Part shown: positions 18,706 to 27,489 of the stretch, piece by piece
How the letters are laid out: each line of letters opens with the position of its first letter
How positions within the stretch are numbered: the first letter of the stretch is position 1
IMG/VR virus record: IMGVR_UViG_3300045988_137191
Length of the DNA: 44,024 nucleotides
Direction: 5' to 3' (one strand)
DNA from: a virus
Position numbers and translations under genes: made by a program
Notes under the pieces: model-generated
What the model was told of the DNA's origin: nothing
Database searches by the model: none
The model's input: only the letters and a program-made list of their open reading frames with translations

Positions 18706-19250
18706 TTGGGAAGATCCTGCAGAGCAATATGGGAATCCCCGTCAAACAACGGGTTTTGCTCGTTAAGCAAACAAAGGTTCTTGATGTACGCCTTCAGGGT
18801 CATGGGATGAACGGTCTGCTTGATGTCCGGGTAGAGATCAAGGTTATCCACTAACAGCTCCTTGATCTTGCGCAGGATGCTGGCATCCATCTTGCCGAGC
18901 TCCATTTGCGTCTTGAGGATGTTGGATTCACCCCGTTCGTCAAGGAACTTAGCAAACGCCTCCATGTCCGTAATAGTAGGCGACACGTCCATCTTGACCT
19001 GCACCTTCTCGCCAGAAGGAAGTTTGATCTCGGACAAGCCGTTCTGCATGAGCAGGTTGGGAATAAGCTCTTTGGAGGTCTTGTAGAACGCGGCCTTGGC
19101 TTGCGAAAGCTGTTCTTCCAAGGAGTCTACCGCATCCTTCTGGTTCTTGTACAGCTCCACCAACGCCTTGAGCTTGGCAAGAGAATCCTGCTCGGGAACC
19201 TGATTAGATACCTCGTCCAGCGTTTCCATCAAATAATCAAAGTCACCCAT
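18654..19250 (-). CDS. Hypothetical protein predicted to form a coiled coil
   Basis: 198 aa, operon context only. It could be a recombination-associated protein, but nothing diagnostic was found. Confidence 0.35.
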   Translation of the reverse strand: MGDFDYLMETLDEVSNQVPEQDSLAKLKALVELYKNQKDAVDSLEEQLSQAKAAFYKTSKELIPNLLMQNGLSEIKLPSGEKVQVKMDVSPTITDMEAFAKFLDERGESNILKTQMELGKMDASILRKIKELLVDNLDLYPDIKQTVHPMTLKAYIKNLCLLNEQNPLFDGDSHIALQDLPKCVSAFTYYNTTIKRSK

Positions 19251-19268
19251 GATGCGTCTCCTTAGTGG

Positions 19269-19745
19269 TTAGTTGTTTAAGAATCCGAAAACGATCTCGG
19301 TAATGTGCATTCCTTCTTCCGTTACCCAGATTCCACCCTGCTCGTCCCTCACTGCCAAGGGCATGACAATGAGGTTCTTGCGGTCAATCCTGACTACGGC
19401 ATGGTACTTGCCCTCCTTTGTGATGCGCTTGCTTGCCGAAGCCGAAGGCGGGAATGCCTTGATGAGTTGCTTGCGACTGCCGTCATGGTACAGCTTGAGA
19501 CCTTCCAAGGAAGGAACAGCCCAAACATCAATCTCGGCATACAGCTTGTAAAGGGGATGCTCAGCGCACTGCTCCAGCACGAAGTCATGAAGTGAACCCT
19601 GCATGACGAAGACAGACTTCAAATAGTCCTCTTCCCACGCAACGGCGTAGTTGCCACAAAGGTAGGTTTCTTCAACCTGTGCTCCATTGGCAACGGCAGG
19701 AGTAGCGAAGAGCAGACCAGTCAACATGAGCGCGGGGATGTTCAT
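19269..19745 (-). CDS. Secreted or periplasmic hypothetical protein
   Basis: 158 aa with a typical Sec signal peptide (MNIPALMLTGLLFATPAVANG, with an AxA cleavage site). Confidence 0.45.
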   Translation of the reverse strand: MNIPALMLTGLLFATPAVANGAQVEETYLCGNYAVAWEEDYLKSVFVMQGSLHDFVLEQCAEHPLYKLYAEIDVWAVPSLEGLKLYHDGSRKQLIKAFPPSASASKRITKEGKYHAVVRIDRKNLIVMPLAVRDEQGGIWVTEEGMHITEIVFGFLNN

Positions 19746-21340
19746 ATCAACTCCAGAATGTCGTTAAGGTTGCTGGACATGAAGAAGTCGTTAAGGCTTC
19801 TCCCTTCCTTGTTGGACTGAAGAACCTTCTTCTCAAAGTTCACGTTGTACACAAGGTCGATATAGACCGCAGTCTTGTCGCTACCAATACGACTACTGCG
19901 TCCTTCCGCTTGCAATCGGTTCTCGGTATTGTAATCCCGAGAATACCAGATCTGCAATGCGGCTCCCTGAAGATTGAGGCCGTAGCCAGCCACCGCCGGA
20001 TTACAAACGATACACTGAACACTGCCTTCCTTGAACTGAGCCACTACTTCCCTACGTTCGTCGTCTGGCACCGCACCGTACAACATGGCGCAAGAGACGT
20101 GCTTGCTGAGGGCCTCATGAAGCATGTCTATCTCCTTGGTGAATACCGCGAAGACGAGGAACTGAGCGTCCCCTATCTCGTCCAGCATCTCCATGATGTA
20201 ATCCAGCTTGGCGTTCTTGCAATCAATGGCTACGCTCTTGTCTTCCTGACCGCCCTTGATGACCGGATTGAAAAAGCCTCCGCATATCTGCAAAGCCTTT
20301 GAACCGATTGAAACCTTGCTCTGAAGGGTCATCATGGTGCCTTGATACATCGCAACAGCAAACTCTTTGAGCTGCTCAAGGAGAGCCTTCTGGACAGGTT
20401 CCAGCTTGAATTCAACCGTCCGGTATGTCTTCGGCGGGAGCTTTACATCGTCGTTTGGATCGGTGAATACAGTGTAAGGTTCTACCCGCGCCTTCAATAC
20501 GTCCACGTTCTTGTATGGCGTATACTTCGGAGTCATGACGATAAACCGCACGTCATCCGGCGCAAGGTTGAGCGTCTGAGCCAGTGAGAAGATATCATTC
20601 TGGCTCTTGTGGGAAGCTTCCCAAAGACGCTTGACGCGCTTCCAAAGGAACTCGTCAATCTCCTGGATCTTAGTCACCTTGCGTCCGCCCTTGATCTCAA
20701 ACGTCTTTTGCATAAGAACGGTGTACTCGCTCTTGAACGACATGAAGGACTGGTTTATGATCTTTGGGCTCATGAAGTAGAACAGCGACCACACGTCCAC
20801 AACGCGCTTGGCAAGCGCGGTACCAGTAAGTATCAGGGCTGGCCCTCCGCACCAGTTGCGAACCACGTAGAGCTTCTTCGTTCTCTTAGTGGTAGGCGTC
20901 TTAATACGAGTTGCCTCGTCCAGCACGATCATGGTGCGCCCTGAAACAATGAATTTGTCCAGAGCCCAATCAGCAGTATCGTGGGAGAAGGCGTCTACGT
21001 GCACAGCCAGAACCTTGAGCCCGTCAAACTGACTGCGCAAGAACCCAAGCAACTGCGCCTGATACGCCTTTGTCTTGGTAGAAAGGAACGCCATTGCGTT
21101 GTACGGAACAGGGCAATGCGTGGGCAACTGTTCGTCAACCCATTGCGTGTGAACCAGATTGGGAGCCACTACCAGCACCCGATCGATCTCACCCTTAAGG
21201 TACTTGTGCGCCATGATGTCGATTGCGACCTTGGTCTTGCCTCGTCCCATTGTGAGGAACAACGCGCCGTTGCGCAAGTCCTTCAGCTTGTCGAAAGCCT
21301 TCTGTTGATATGGAAGGGGTTCAGTTAAGAACTGCATCAG
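19742..21340 (-). CDS. SNF2/Rad54-family helicase
   Basis: About 533 aa counted from an internal Met. Motif I is present as MGRGKT. Motif II is present as LDEAT. Motif III is present as LTGT. Motif VI is present as QAEGRSSRIG. Confidence 0.7.
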   Translation of the reverse strand: MMQFLTEPLPYQQKAFDKLKDLRNGALFLTMGRGKTKVAIDIMAHKYLKGEIDRVLVVAPNLVHTQWVDEQLPTHCPVPYNAMAFLSTKTKAYQAQLLGFLRSQFDGLKVLAVHVDAFSHDTADWALDKFIVSGRTMIVLDEATRIKTPTTKRTKKLYVVRNWCGGPALILTGTALAKRVVDVWSLFYFMSPKIINQSFMSFKSEYTVLMQKTFEIKGGRKVTKIQEIDEFLWKRVKRLWEASHKSQNDIFSLAQTLNLAPDDVRFIVMTPKYTPYKNVDVLKARVEPYTVFTDPNDDVKLPPKTYRTVEFKLEPVQKALLEQLKEFAVAMYQGTMMTLQSKVSIGSKALQICGGFFNPVIKGGQEDKSVAIDCKNAKLDYIMEMLDEIGDAQFLVFAVFTKEIDMLHEALSKHVSCAMLYGAVPDDERREVVAQFKEGSVQCIVCNPAVAGYGLNLQGAALQIWYSRDYNTENRLQAEGRSSRIGSDKTAVYIDLVYNVNFEKKVLQSNKEGRSLNDFFMSSNLNDILELI

Positions 21341-21560
21341 CGTCTCCTGTTGTGATCCCAGCTTCACGCTGAACAAAGCGAACGACCTCACGGTGAGGAA
21401 TCAAAGGCCGTCCTGCCTTGCGCATGCACTGGATATGCTTCTTGTGTTCAGGGTGATTTACAAGGTAAGAGATACGAGAAGCGTCCTTACCCACCAGACG
21501 CGCGAATTGCGTCACAGTGTAGTACGGAACGCCCTCAAGCATCAATGGCGAGTCTTTCAT
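21321..21560 (-). CDS. Small helix-turn-helix DNA-binding protein
   Basis: 79 aa. YTVTQFARLVGKDASRISYLV resembles an excisionase or MerR-type helix-turn-helix. Confidence 0.4.
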   Translation of the reverse strand: MKDSPLMLEGVPYYTVTQFARLVGKDASRISYLVNHPEHKKHIQCMRKAGRPLIPHREVVRFVQREAGITTGDADAVLN

Positions 21561-21924
21561 ATAAGTGTCCCTCGTCTCTCATGTGAAGCGTTAAGCTTGT
21601 CTTGCTAACGTCCTGGCTGCGAACGATGTAGCCATCCTTGCAATAGTTGTGTATGTCGTACGTATCGCCTTCCTCCACCAGCCAAGGGCGGGCTTCGCCG
21701 TCAACGGAGATGCGGAACTCCTTGTCCATCAAGAAGCGCACAACGTGACGCTTATGAGGCGCATTCTGCTTCCTGCGCTCAATCTCCTTGCGCAGTGCGG
21801 CGGAAGCCTCATTCAGTTGAACGTAGGCAGGGTTCAACGCCATGCCCTTGCGACGCATGGCTATGAGAGAATGCTCTGCTCCACTCAAGAGCTTGTCAAC
21901 CAAGAGTTCCAGTACGCCGTCCAT
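21535..21924 (-). CDS. Hypothetical protein
   Basis: 129 aa ORF in the operon, directly downstream of the repeat-containing intergenic region. Confidence 0.35.
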   Translation of the reverse strand: MDGVLELLVDKLLSGAEHSLIAMRRKGMALNPAYVQLNEASAALRKEIERRKQNAPHKRHVVRFLMDKEFRISVDGEARPWLVEEGDTYDIHNYCKDGYIVRSQDVSKTSLTLHMRDEGHLYERLAIDA

Positions 21925-21989
21925 ACATTTGCCTCGTTGTATAAAAGGTAAGACATTCCTACAGGTTGCGTGGGGAGTGCGCCGCCCGG

Positions 21990-22045
21990 CACTGTAGAGC
22001 GTTGTAGTTGCGCTGTAGTGCCGTTGTAGCGGCGTTGTATAAAAG
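21990..22045. repeat. Five tandem imperfect 11-bp repeats (core YTGTAG), bounded by two copies of GTTGTATAAAAG (21936-21947 and 22034-22045)
   Basis: The read-out is ACTGTAGAGC / GTTGTAGTTGC / GCTGTAGTGCC / GTTGTAGCGGC / GTTGTATAAAAG, with a helical-turn period and an intergenic position. Confidence 0.6.
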
Positions 22046-22059
22046 TTCCACGATTACGA

Positions 22060-22836
22060 TTACTTACGGAACTGCGAAAACCGGATAGTCACGTCCTTAT
22101 ACATGCGTCCCGTGAGCGGATTGGTTTTGTCCCTGAGCATGACGCAAGACGGGAACTTGTTACGTAGCAACACCGCCGCCTTAACCCGAAGGTCATCGTC
22201 ACGGTAAAGGTTGCAACCTGAGTTCGTACCCGCTCCAAGTTGATCGTCAGCCGTGAACAGGTTTAGCGTAGCCGTCCTGTAGCCAGCCTTCATCAATTGG
22301 AGTTGCATGTGAAAGTCCTCCAGGATGTCCCCTTCCCATTCGTAACGGAAACCCTCTCCCGACAACGTGGGCAGATGCAGGACTGGCGTCCACATGATGC
22401 GCTTGTTGATGCCCCACGTCTTTGTTTCAGTGTGAACGAACATGCGATGCCGCAAGCCTATCATGGGGAACACCTGACTTACGTTGTCGAACATAGGTCT
22501 GAGCGCGTTGTCTATGCTGACGGGAGGGAGCTTTTCGAGCTTGTTACCGTTGCGATAGGCGAACGCCAGATCGTCATCAAAGATGCCGAGCTTTTCAACG
22601 TCCCGAACGTAAGCCTCTTCCATGATGATGTCCCGAATGCGAGACACTTTATTAGCGGTATGCAACATGAGCCTGACGTTGAACGCTTCGGCTACAGGCT
22701 TGTACGCTTCAGCTTCATCCCTGTGCACCCAAAGGGATACAAAGTAATGAGAATGCTGGAGCCACGTGAGCGTCAGTTGCCTATTCAGCAGAACGTCTGC
22801 CCTTCCCCGGCTCAGTACGGCGAGTTCGTACTTCAT
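22060..22836 (-). CDS. Hypothetical protein; possibly a GT-A-like glycosyltransferase, suggested by a DxD motif
   Basis: 258 aa. There is an N-terminal beta-strand-like segment, then LGIFDDDLAF (DxD) about 90 residues in. There is no P-loop. The call is speculative. Confidence 0.3.
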   Translation of the reverse strand: MKYELAVLSRGRADVLLNRQLTLTWLQHSHYFVSLWVHRDEAEAYKPVAEAFNVRLMLHTANKVSRIRDIIMEEAYVRDVEKLGIFDDDLAFAYRNGNKLEKLPPVSIDNALRPMFDNVSQVFPMIGLRHRMFVHTETKTWGINKRIMWTPVLHLPTLSGEGFRYEWEGDILEDFHMQLQLMKAGYRTATLNLFTADDQLGAGTNSGCNLYRDDDLRVKAAVLLRNKFPSCVMLRDKTNPLTGRMYKDVTIRFSQFRK

Positions 22837-22844
22837 ATCGTCTC

Positions 22845-24110
22845 CTAGAACATTTGGCTTTCAATGAAACTGCGTCGCATGGTGCATTCATAAGCCGTCT
22901 TGTCATGGCGGAAGCCTGTTACCCAGTCCGCCTTGGCATGAGAAATGCGCTGATTCCTTGCGCTGATGTCTTGACCATCGATGGTAAGGACTAGCCCGTA
23001 GAACTCAGTCTTGAGCGCGGGCTTGCCGTCCCGTACTTCACTTAGAGCCATGCGTGTTTGCAACGGAATACCGCTCACGGTAGCCAGCCAATGGACTCCA
23101 AACTGTTCATTGTTGTCTCCCAACAAATAAACGCCGAGTGTGATGCCAGCAATGAGCCCCGCCTTATCCCATTCACCGCCGTTGGTGTAGCCTATGACGA
23201 ATGCGTCAATGTCCGTCTGGCTCGCCATGGACATGCTCCTCTTCAGCTTGATGGTGGAGTTCTTGTCACGGAAGTTGCCAATAGCCGGAATGTAGAACGA
23301 GCTCAGGTTCTTGAGAACTACACCTTCCTCACCGTTGGCAACCAGTGATTCAAAGTAGGTCTTCTTGCCCCGCTCCCATTGCTTGGGAAGGCGTACGGAA
23401 CGATCGAGCATGGGCATGCCTTGCATGAGCTCAAGCCTTTCCCTGAAGGGAATCTCCGTGATGATCTTCTCACGTTCAATGGGAAGGAAGTCGAACGCCA
23501 CCAGCTCCATGGGAGCCGTAGTGCGTTGCGCAAGGTGGCTGTCATGCACGTTAAGCTGAAGCATAGACGTTACAGCGTTCAAACCCTTCCCAGTGAAGTT
23601 GCCGTCATTGAGCTCCACGAACCCGTCAGTGACCAGTTCGCAGTCCAATATGAACTCTTCCTTCCAATGACCAGCGAACTCCTTGAGCGTGCTTAACTTG
23701 CCGTTGAGCGGAACAAGGAGCTTTTCAGTGTACTCCACCGGAAGCAGGGTAACAGTCGAGCGATTACGCCCAAAGGCTGAAAAGCCCTCATCGGGATGGT
23801 AGACCAGAACCATGCGGCAACCATCGAACTTCTCTTCGGCTACCCAACCATTGCCGTCGGAAATGACGGCCTCCTGCTCGTCATGCTTGAGCTGGTCATA
23901 ACGGTAAGCCAACTGAACGTCATGCAACTGATCACGCATGACGCGACCGAAGGTGATCTCCCGCTGTTCACGATAGTGTTCAGCGATGACAGCCTCCAAG
24001 TCCCTGTTCAGGATCTTGCCGTTCTTACCTGTCCCTTCATACGGAACACGCAAGCCGAGCTCTTCGATTCTGTTGCACAACTGCGTAAACGTAGCCATTA
24101 GAACCTCCAA
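22845..24110 (-). CDS. ATP-dependent DNA ligase
   Basis: 421 aa. The nucleotidyltransferase motif I KxDGxR appears as EEKFDGCRMVLVY. Confidence 0.7.
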   Translation of the reverse strand: MEVLMATFTQLCNRIEELGLRVPYEGTGKNGKILNRDLEAVIAEHYREQREITFGRVMRDQLHDVQLAYRYDQLKHDEQEAVISDGNGWVAEEKFDGCRMVLVYHPDEGFSAFGRNRSTVTLLPVEYTEKLLVPLNGKLSTLKEFAGHWKEEFILDCELVTDGFVELNDGNFTGKGLNAVTSMLQLNVHDSHLAQRTTAPMELVAFDFLPIEREKIITEIPFRERLELMQGMPMLDRSVRLPKQWERGKKTYFESLVANGEEGVVLKNLSSFYIPAIGNFRDKNSTIKLKRSMSMASQTDIDAFVIGYTNGGEWDKAGLIAGITLGVYLLGDNNEQFGVHWLATVSGIPLQTRMALSEVRDGKPALKTEFYGLVLTIDGQDISARNQRISHAKADWVTGFRHDKTAYECTMRRSFIESQMF

Positions 24111-25045
24111 GCACTCGGAATGTAAGGTTGCTCCAACGGAGAAAGGATGCGACTGAAGTTGCTCTTAATGCTCTTACCGTCATCCCGAACCCGGCAATAC
24201 TTGTCATATTCGCAGAACAGATTCTGCACGTCATTGCCACGGAGCGGGAACTCCTTGCCGTCTACAGTGAGTACAGGGAAGGACGGAATGCCGTTAATCG
24301 CAAGCCGCTTGAGCACGCTAGGCAGTTCAGTCAGCTTAAGATAAGGCCAAACCCGTCTCATCCCGCGCTGGCACCCAATCCCCGGAACGATGAACTTCTC
24401 GTAGTCGAACATTAAGTGGTTGTAAGAGAAGTCCAAAGCGAACTGGTAAGCCAAGAAGTCCCCAAATCCCTCGTGACGGCGGAAGATTGCGTAGGTGTAA
24501 CGCATGTCTGAAGAGTTGTAAGCCCTCTCCAGATCACCGCTGTCTTCCATGTGCTTCAGCGTCCTGAGGAACAGCTCCGTTCTTGTGGTACAACCAAACG
24601 TCCACGGCGGAGTCATCATGTAAGCGTTGTTGTATACCGTAACCCCGCAAGCGCGACGTGCTTCAACGAAGCTCTTAATGGCAGGAAGCGCGTTGTACGC
24701 ATCGTACTTGTATTCCGGAAGGGATTCCCATGTCTCAATGCTGTTGAACAGTCTGAACAGGAACATGCCCATGCGATGAGCGCGAGGGAACTCAAAGCGA
24801 TTAGCCCTGTCGTCAATGATGTTCTTCACCATGTACTGCGAAACACGATCAAGGATGCGATAGGCGTTGGTGAACTTCCACTTGTCAAGGATAGGATCCT
24901 CGGACACCAGCGCAGTACCATTGACACGTGCGAGGAACCGCTCTTGCCTACGAATAGCGAACCCGTAAAAGTCCACCAGTCGCTTACTGGTAGGCAGATG
25001 CGGAGCCACCGGAAAGTCGTTAGCCTTGAACCAATCCATGCTCAA
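24098..25045 (-). CDS. Hypothetical protein (315 aa) in the nucleotide-metabolism cluster
   Basis: It has no P-loop or other recognisable catalytic motif. Its stop and start codons overlap those of both neighbours (the ligase and the HD nucleotidase). Confidence 0.4.
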   Translation of the reverse strand: MSMDWFKANDFPVAPHLPTSKRLVDFYGFAIRRQERFLARVNGTALVSEDPILDKWKFTNAYRILDRVSQYMVKNIIDDRANRFEFPRAHRMGMFLFRLFNSIETWESLPEYKYDAYNALPAIKSFVEARRACGVTVYNNAYMMTPPWTFGCTTRTELFLRTLKHMEDSGDLERAYNSSDMRYTYAIFRRHEGFGDFLAYQFALDFSYNHLMFDYEKFIVPGIGCQRGMRRVWPYLKLTELPSVLKRLAINGIPSFPVLTVDGKEFPLRGNDVQNLFCEYDKYCRVRDDGKSIKSNFSRILSPLEQPYIPSAWRF

Positions 25046-25698
25046 TCCTTTATGTTAAGCTCTTCGAACGCCTCGAAGAGGTTGGTGTACACCATGTCAT
25101 CGGACATGGGATTCAACAAGGAGTAAACCCGCTTGTCATACTGGGACGCGTCCCAATCGGGCTCACCAAAGAAGAGCGAGCACTCCATGAAGCCAAGCGC
25201 GTCATCCGCCTTCGTAACGGCTGGATCAGGTGTCGCGTTGTACTTGTCAAATATTGCTCGCTGAATCCTGTCTTCGCACTGAAGATACTCATAAGCGCAC
25301 TTGAACGCCTCCCGGTTGCCTTCCTCAGCGACGTCCATGTATACCTTGACAGCTCGTCTCACCGCCGTAACAATGTGGTTCTTCATGGGACGGATGATGT
25401 CCCCTGTGTACGCCTCCACTGCATCATGCAACAGAACAGCCCTCAGGATGTCCGGAGCGGTGATACCCATGACATGCTTGGCATAGGCCAGCGTAGCCAA
25501 CGAATGCTGCCCCACACTATAAGGGTAGGGGGTCGCGCCGTTGAAACGGCAGATGTGCGACAAGCTGTTGGCAATGTGCACAAGGCTCAGGTTCGGTCCA
25601 AAGATCGCGTTCTTTGGATCATGGGTAGGTAAAGCCCAAAGGTTGAGTCTTACGCGTTCAGTTGTGAAAACACCGGGATAACAAGGTTGCTGGCTCAT
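25042..25698 (-). CDS. HD-domain 5'-deoxynucleotidase (YfbR-like)
   Basis: 218 aa. GQHS...LLHDAVEAYTGDIIRPMK fits the YfbR HD signature (H...HDxxExxTGDxxxPxK). Confidence 0.7.
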   Translation of the reverse strand: MSQQPCYPGVFTTERVRLNLWALPTHDPKNAIFGPNLSLVHIANSLSHICRFNGATPYPYSVGQHSLATLAYAKHVMGITAPDILRAVLLHDAVEAYTGDIIRPMKNHIVTAVRRAVKVYMDVAEEGNREAFKCAYEYLQCEDRIQRAIFDKYNATPDPAVTKADDALGFMECSLFFGEPDWDASQYDKRVYSLLNPMSDDMVYTNLFEAFEELNIKD

Positions 25699-26219
25699 TT
25701 GCGTCTCCTAATTGCGATTTCTAACAGCACCTGTTGCGAGATTTCAAGTGCCGCTGTCAGCATGACCTTCGCTCTGGAAGGGTTCAATGCCAACATGTTG
25801 ATGAAATTGTGTCCAGTTTTGAATATGACACTCAGTCGTTTTGGGTCATAGTCAAAGTCCTCTGGACAGTTGTCCTTGGGGCAGTCTGGCGAGAAGCACG
25901 TGCGAGCGGGACACGTCACGTGAGGAAGTTCCAAGTACGCAAGGATCACGCTCACTGGCATGTTCGTGCTGAACAACCAAAGGATCTTACGTGCTTGATT
26001 GGCTGTACGAGCCTTGGAAAGGCAGTTGGTCAGGTGACCTTCTCGTATGCAAGCCTCCTGATACCGTCGCTTCTCAGCTTGCTTGGTGTTGCCTTCAACC
26101 TTCCCTACAAGACGCGCCATGCGTCTCTTGTCCTCTGCTTCAAGGACTGCGGTTCCGGCTTTTGCAGGTGCAGTTTCGCGCTTCACGGCCTTTCGGGAAA
26201 TCATAAAATGCCTCCTCAA
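25695..26219 (-). CDS. Hypothetical Cys-rich protein, first gene of the leftward early operon
   Basis: 174 aa. It contains CPARTCFSPDCPKDNCPED and has a basic N-terminus. Confidence 0.4.
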   Translation of the reverse strand: MRRHFMISRKAVKRETAPAKAGTAVLEAEDKRRMARLVGKVEGNTKQAEKRRYQEACIREGHLTNCLSKARTANQARKILWLFSTNMPVSVILAYLELPHVTCPARTCFSPDCPKDNCPEDFDYDPKRLSVIFKTGHNFINMLALNPSRAKVMLTAALEISQQVLLEIAIRRRK

Positions 26220-26387
26220 CTGATCAGGGCTTCTGGATTTTGGCCTTTGTGTATAGTTTCACCCCCTGCCGAGTTTTCGCAAAATTTCGAGGTAAGTTGT
26301 GCGATTTCAGTCGGTTACAACAAGCATCCAATCCGCGACTGCTAGGTACGGCAAATGCAGTGGATTTGGTGCGGTTGCGCTGAATTG

Positions 26388-26416
26388 TAAATGCACCAAA
26401 ACGCACAAAAAAGCAA
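26388..26416 (-). promoter_or_regulatory. Leftward copy of the shared promoter motif (TTGCTT, 17-nt spacer, CATTTA)
   Basis: The reverse complement reads AATGCTTGCTTTTTTGTGCGTTTTGGTGCATTTA, which shares the TGCTTGCTTT...GCAT architecture with the two rightward copies. Confidence 0.5.
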
Positions 26417-27342
26417 GCATTTTCTTTCTCCTACAAGTTCAATGGGTTACGCTGCGCAGGGATACCAATCCAGTTCTAGTCGGCTTCCCGTCAAAATTCC
26501 GATTTTGATTTGTTCAATGGTTTTGCACGCTTACTCGCTTTTTTCCGCCTTGGAAAAAAGTCCGCCAGCTCCGCGTACAGTCAATTATTCCAGTGGGTTG
26601 CGGTTCAGAAACAGAAGGTTACATGACACTTCCGGAGCATTTCCCCTCTGTAACAAATTTTCAGAATCTTCACGTGAAAAAAGGATTGGTATCACATGCG
26701 CATGAAATCAAAATGTTGTGTGCGGCGGTATTATGTGACCCACTTGACCGACCCCCCCCGGAAAAAGTAAAAACTCCTATATAATACTTGAGATCTTCAA
26801 TGATTTCGAGGGGGTTACTGTTTTACGCTGATTTTACGCCTCCTCGGGAAAAAGGTGGGAAAGTACCTGTTTTTGAGAAGCCCTGACGGATTGAACTCAC
26901 ACAAGAGAAAGTTTCTATTCTGAAAAACAGTGGGGTTTTTGGTCAACTCGCCCCGGTTCAGATAGATTAAGCTCTGGAAAATCCTAAAGCAAATCCGGTT
27001 CTTTCGGGGATGAATCTTAAAAATCTGTCGGGGTGTTTAATACATTGAACCCAAACCGCGAAGGGCGGAGCCATTGACCCTCCGCCGCCCACGTTGCGCC
27101 TTGCCGCCTCCCTACCATTAAAAGGGACGTTCCGGAAGCGGCTCCTGCCCCACGTCACGGGAGCGCGGGCGGAGGCGACTGAACCCGCCCCCCGCCGGGG
27201 GGTCAAACGGCGTTCCGGCGTCGCCAGGTCAAGCTGTCCGTTGGAGCCAGCCGGAACCGCTTCCGCAAGTCCTACGATTGAAACGAAAAGTTGAAGCCTG
27301 AAAACTTTTTTGGAAAAAGTCCCAAAAATCCGAAAAAAGTGC

Positions 27343-27371
27343 TTGCTTTCTGTCTCGGAATCCGGCATAGT
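27343..27371 (+). promoter_or_regulatory. Rightward promoter A (TTGCTT, 17-nt spacer, CATAGT)
   Basis: GTGCTTGCTTTCTGTCTCGGAATCCGGCATAGTG. It lies about 110 nt upstream of the gene starting at 27490. Confidence 0.55.
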
Positions 27372-27489
27372 GTCTTCAACGGGAGGGACGGTTCCACCAC
27401 GGTGGAAAGGAAGGCCGCCCTTGTGTAGGCGCAGTATTGCGCCGGGGCGCAGGGCCTCCCGTCAGAAACTACCTTTTAAGGAGACGCAC

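Noticed and set aside
22060-25045. Calling the 258-aa or 315-aa protein the known 5-hmdU DNA kinase or an alpha-glutamyl/putrescinyl-thymine pyrophosphorylase.
   Set aside because: Neither has a P-loop. I cannot verify family-specific motifs from memory, so both are left as unknown candidates.
27060-27290. A GC-rich segment considered as a phage attachment site (attP) or a tRNA-derived sequence.
   Set aside because: No integrase or recombinase gene is present. No cloverleaf or tRNA 3' end (GGTTCGAATCC-type) was recognisable.
27310-27489. An upstream extension of the 27490 gene, the track ORF that starts at 27310.
   Set aside because: The extension runs across promoter A. The ATG at 27490 has a strong AAGGAGA ribosome-binding site.
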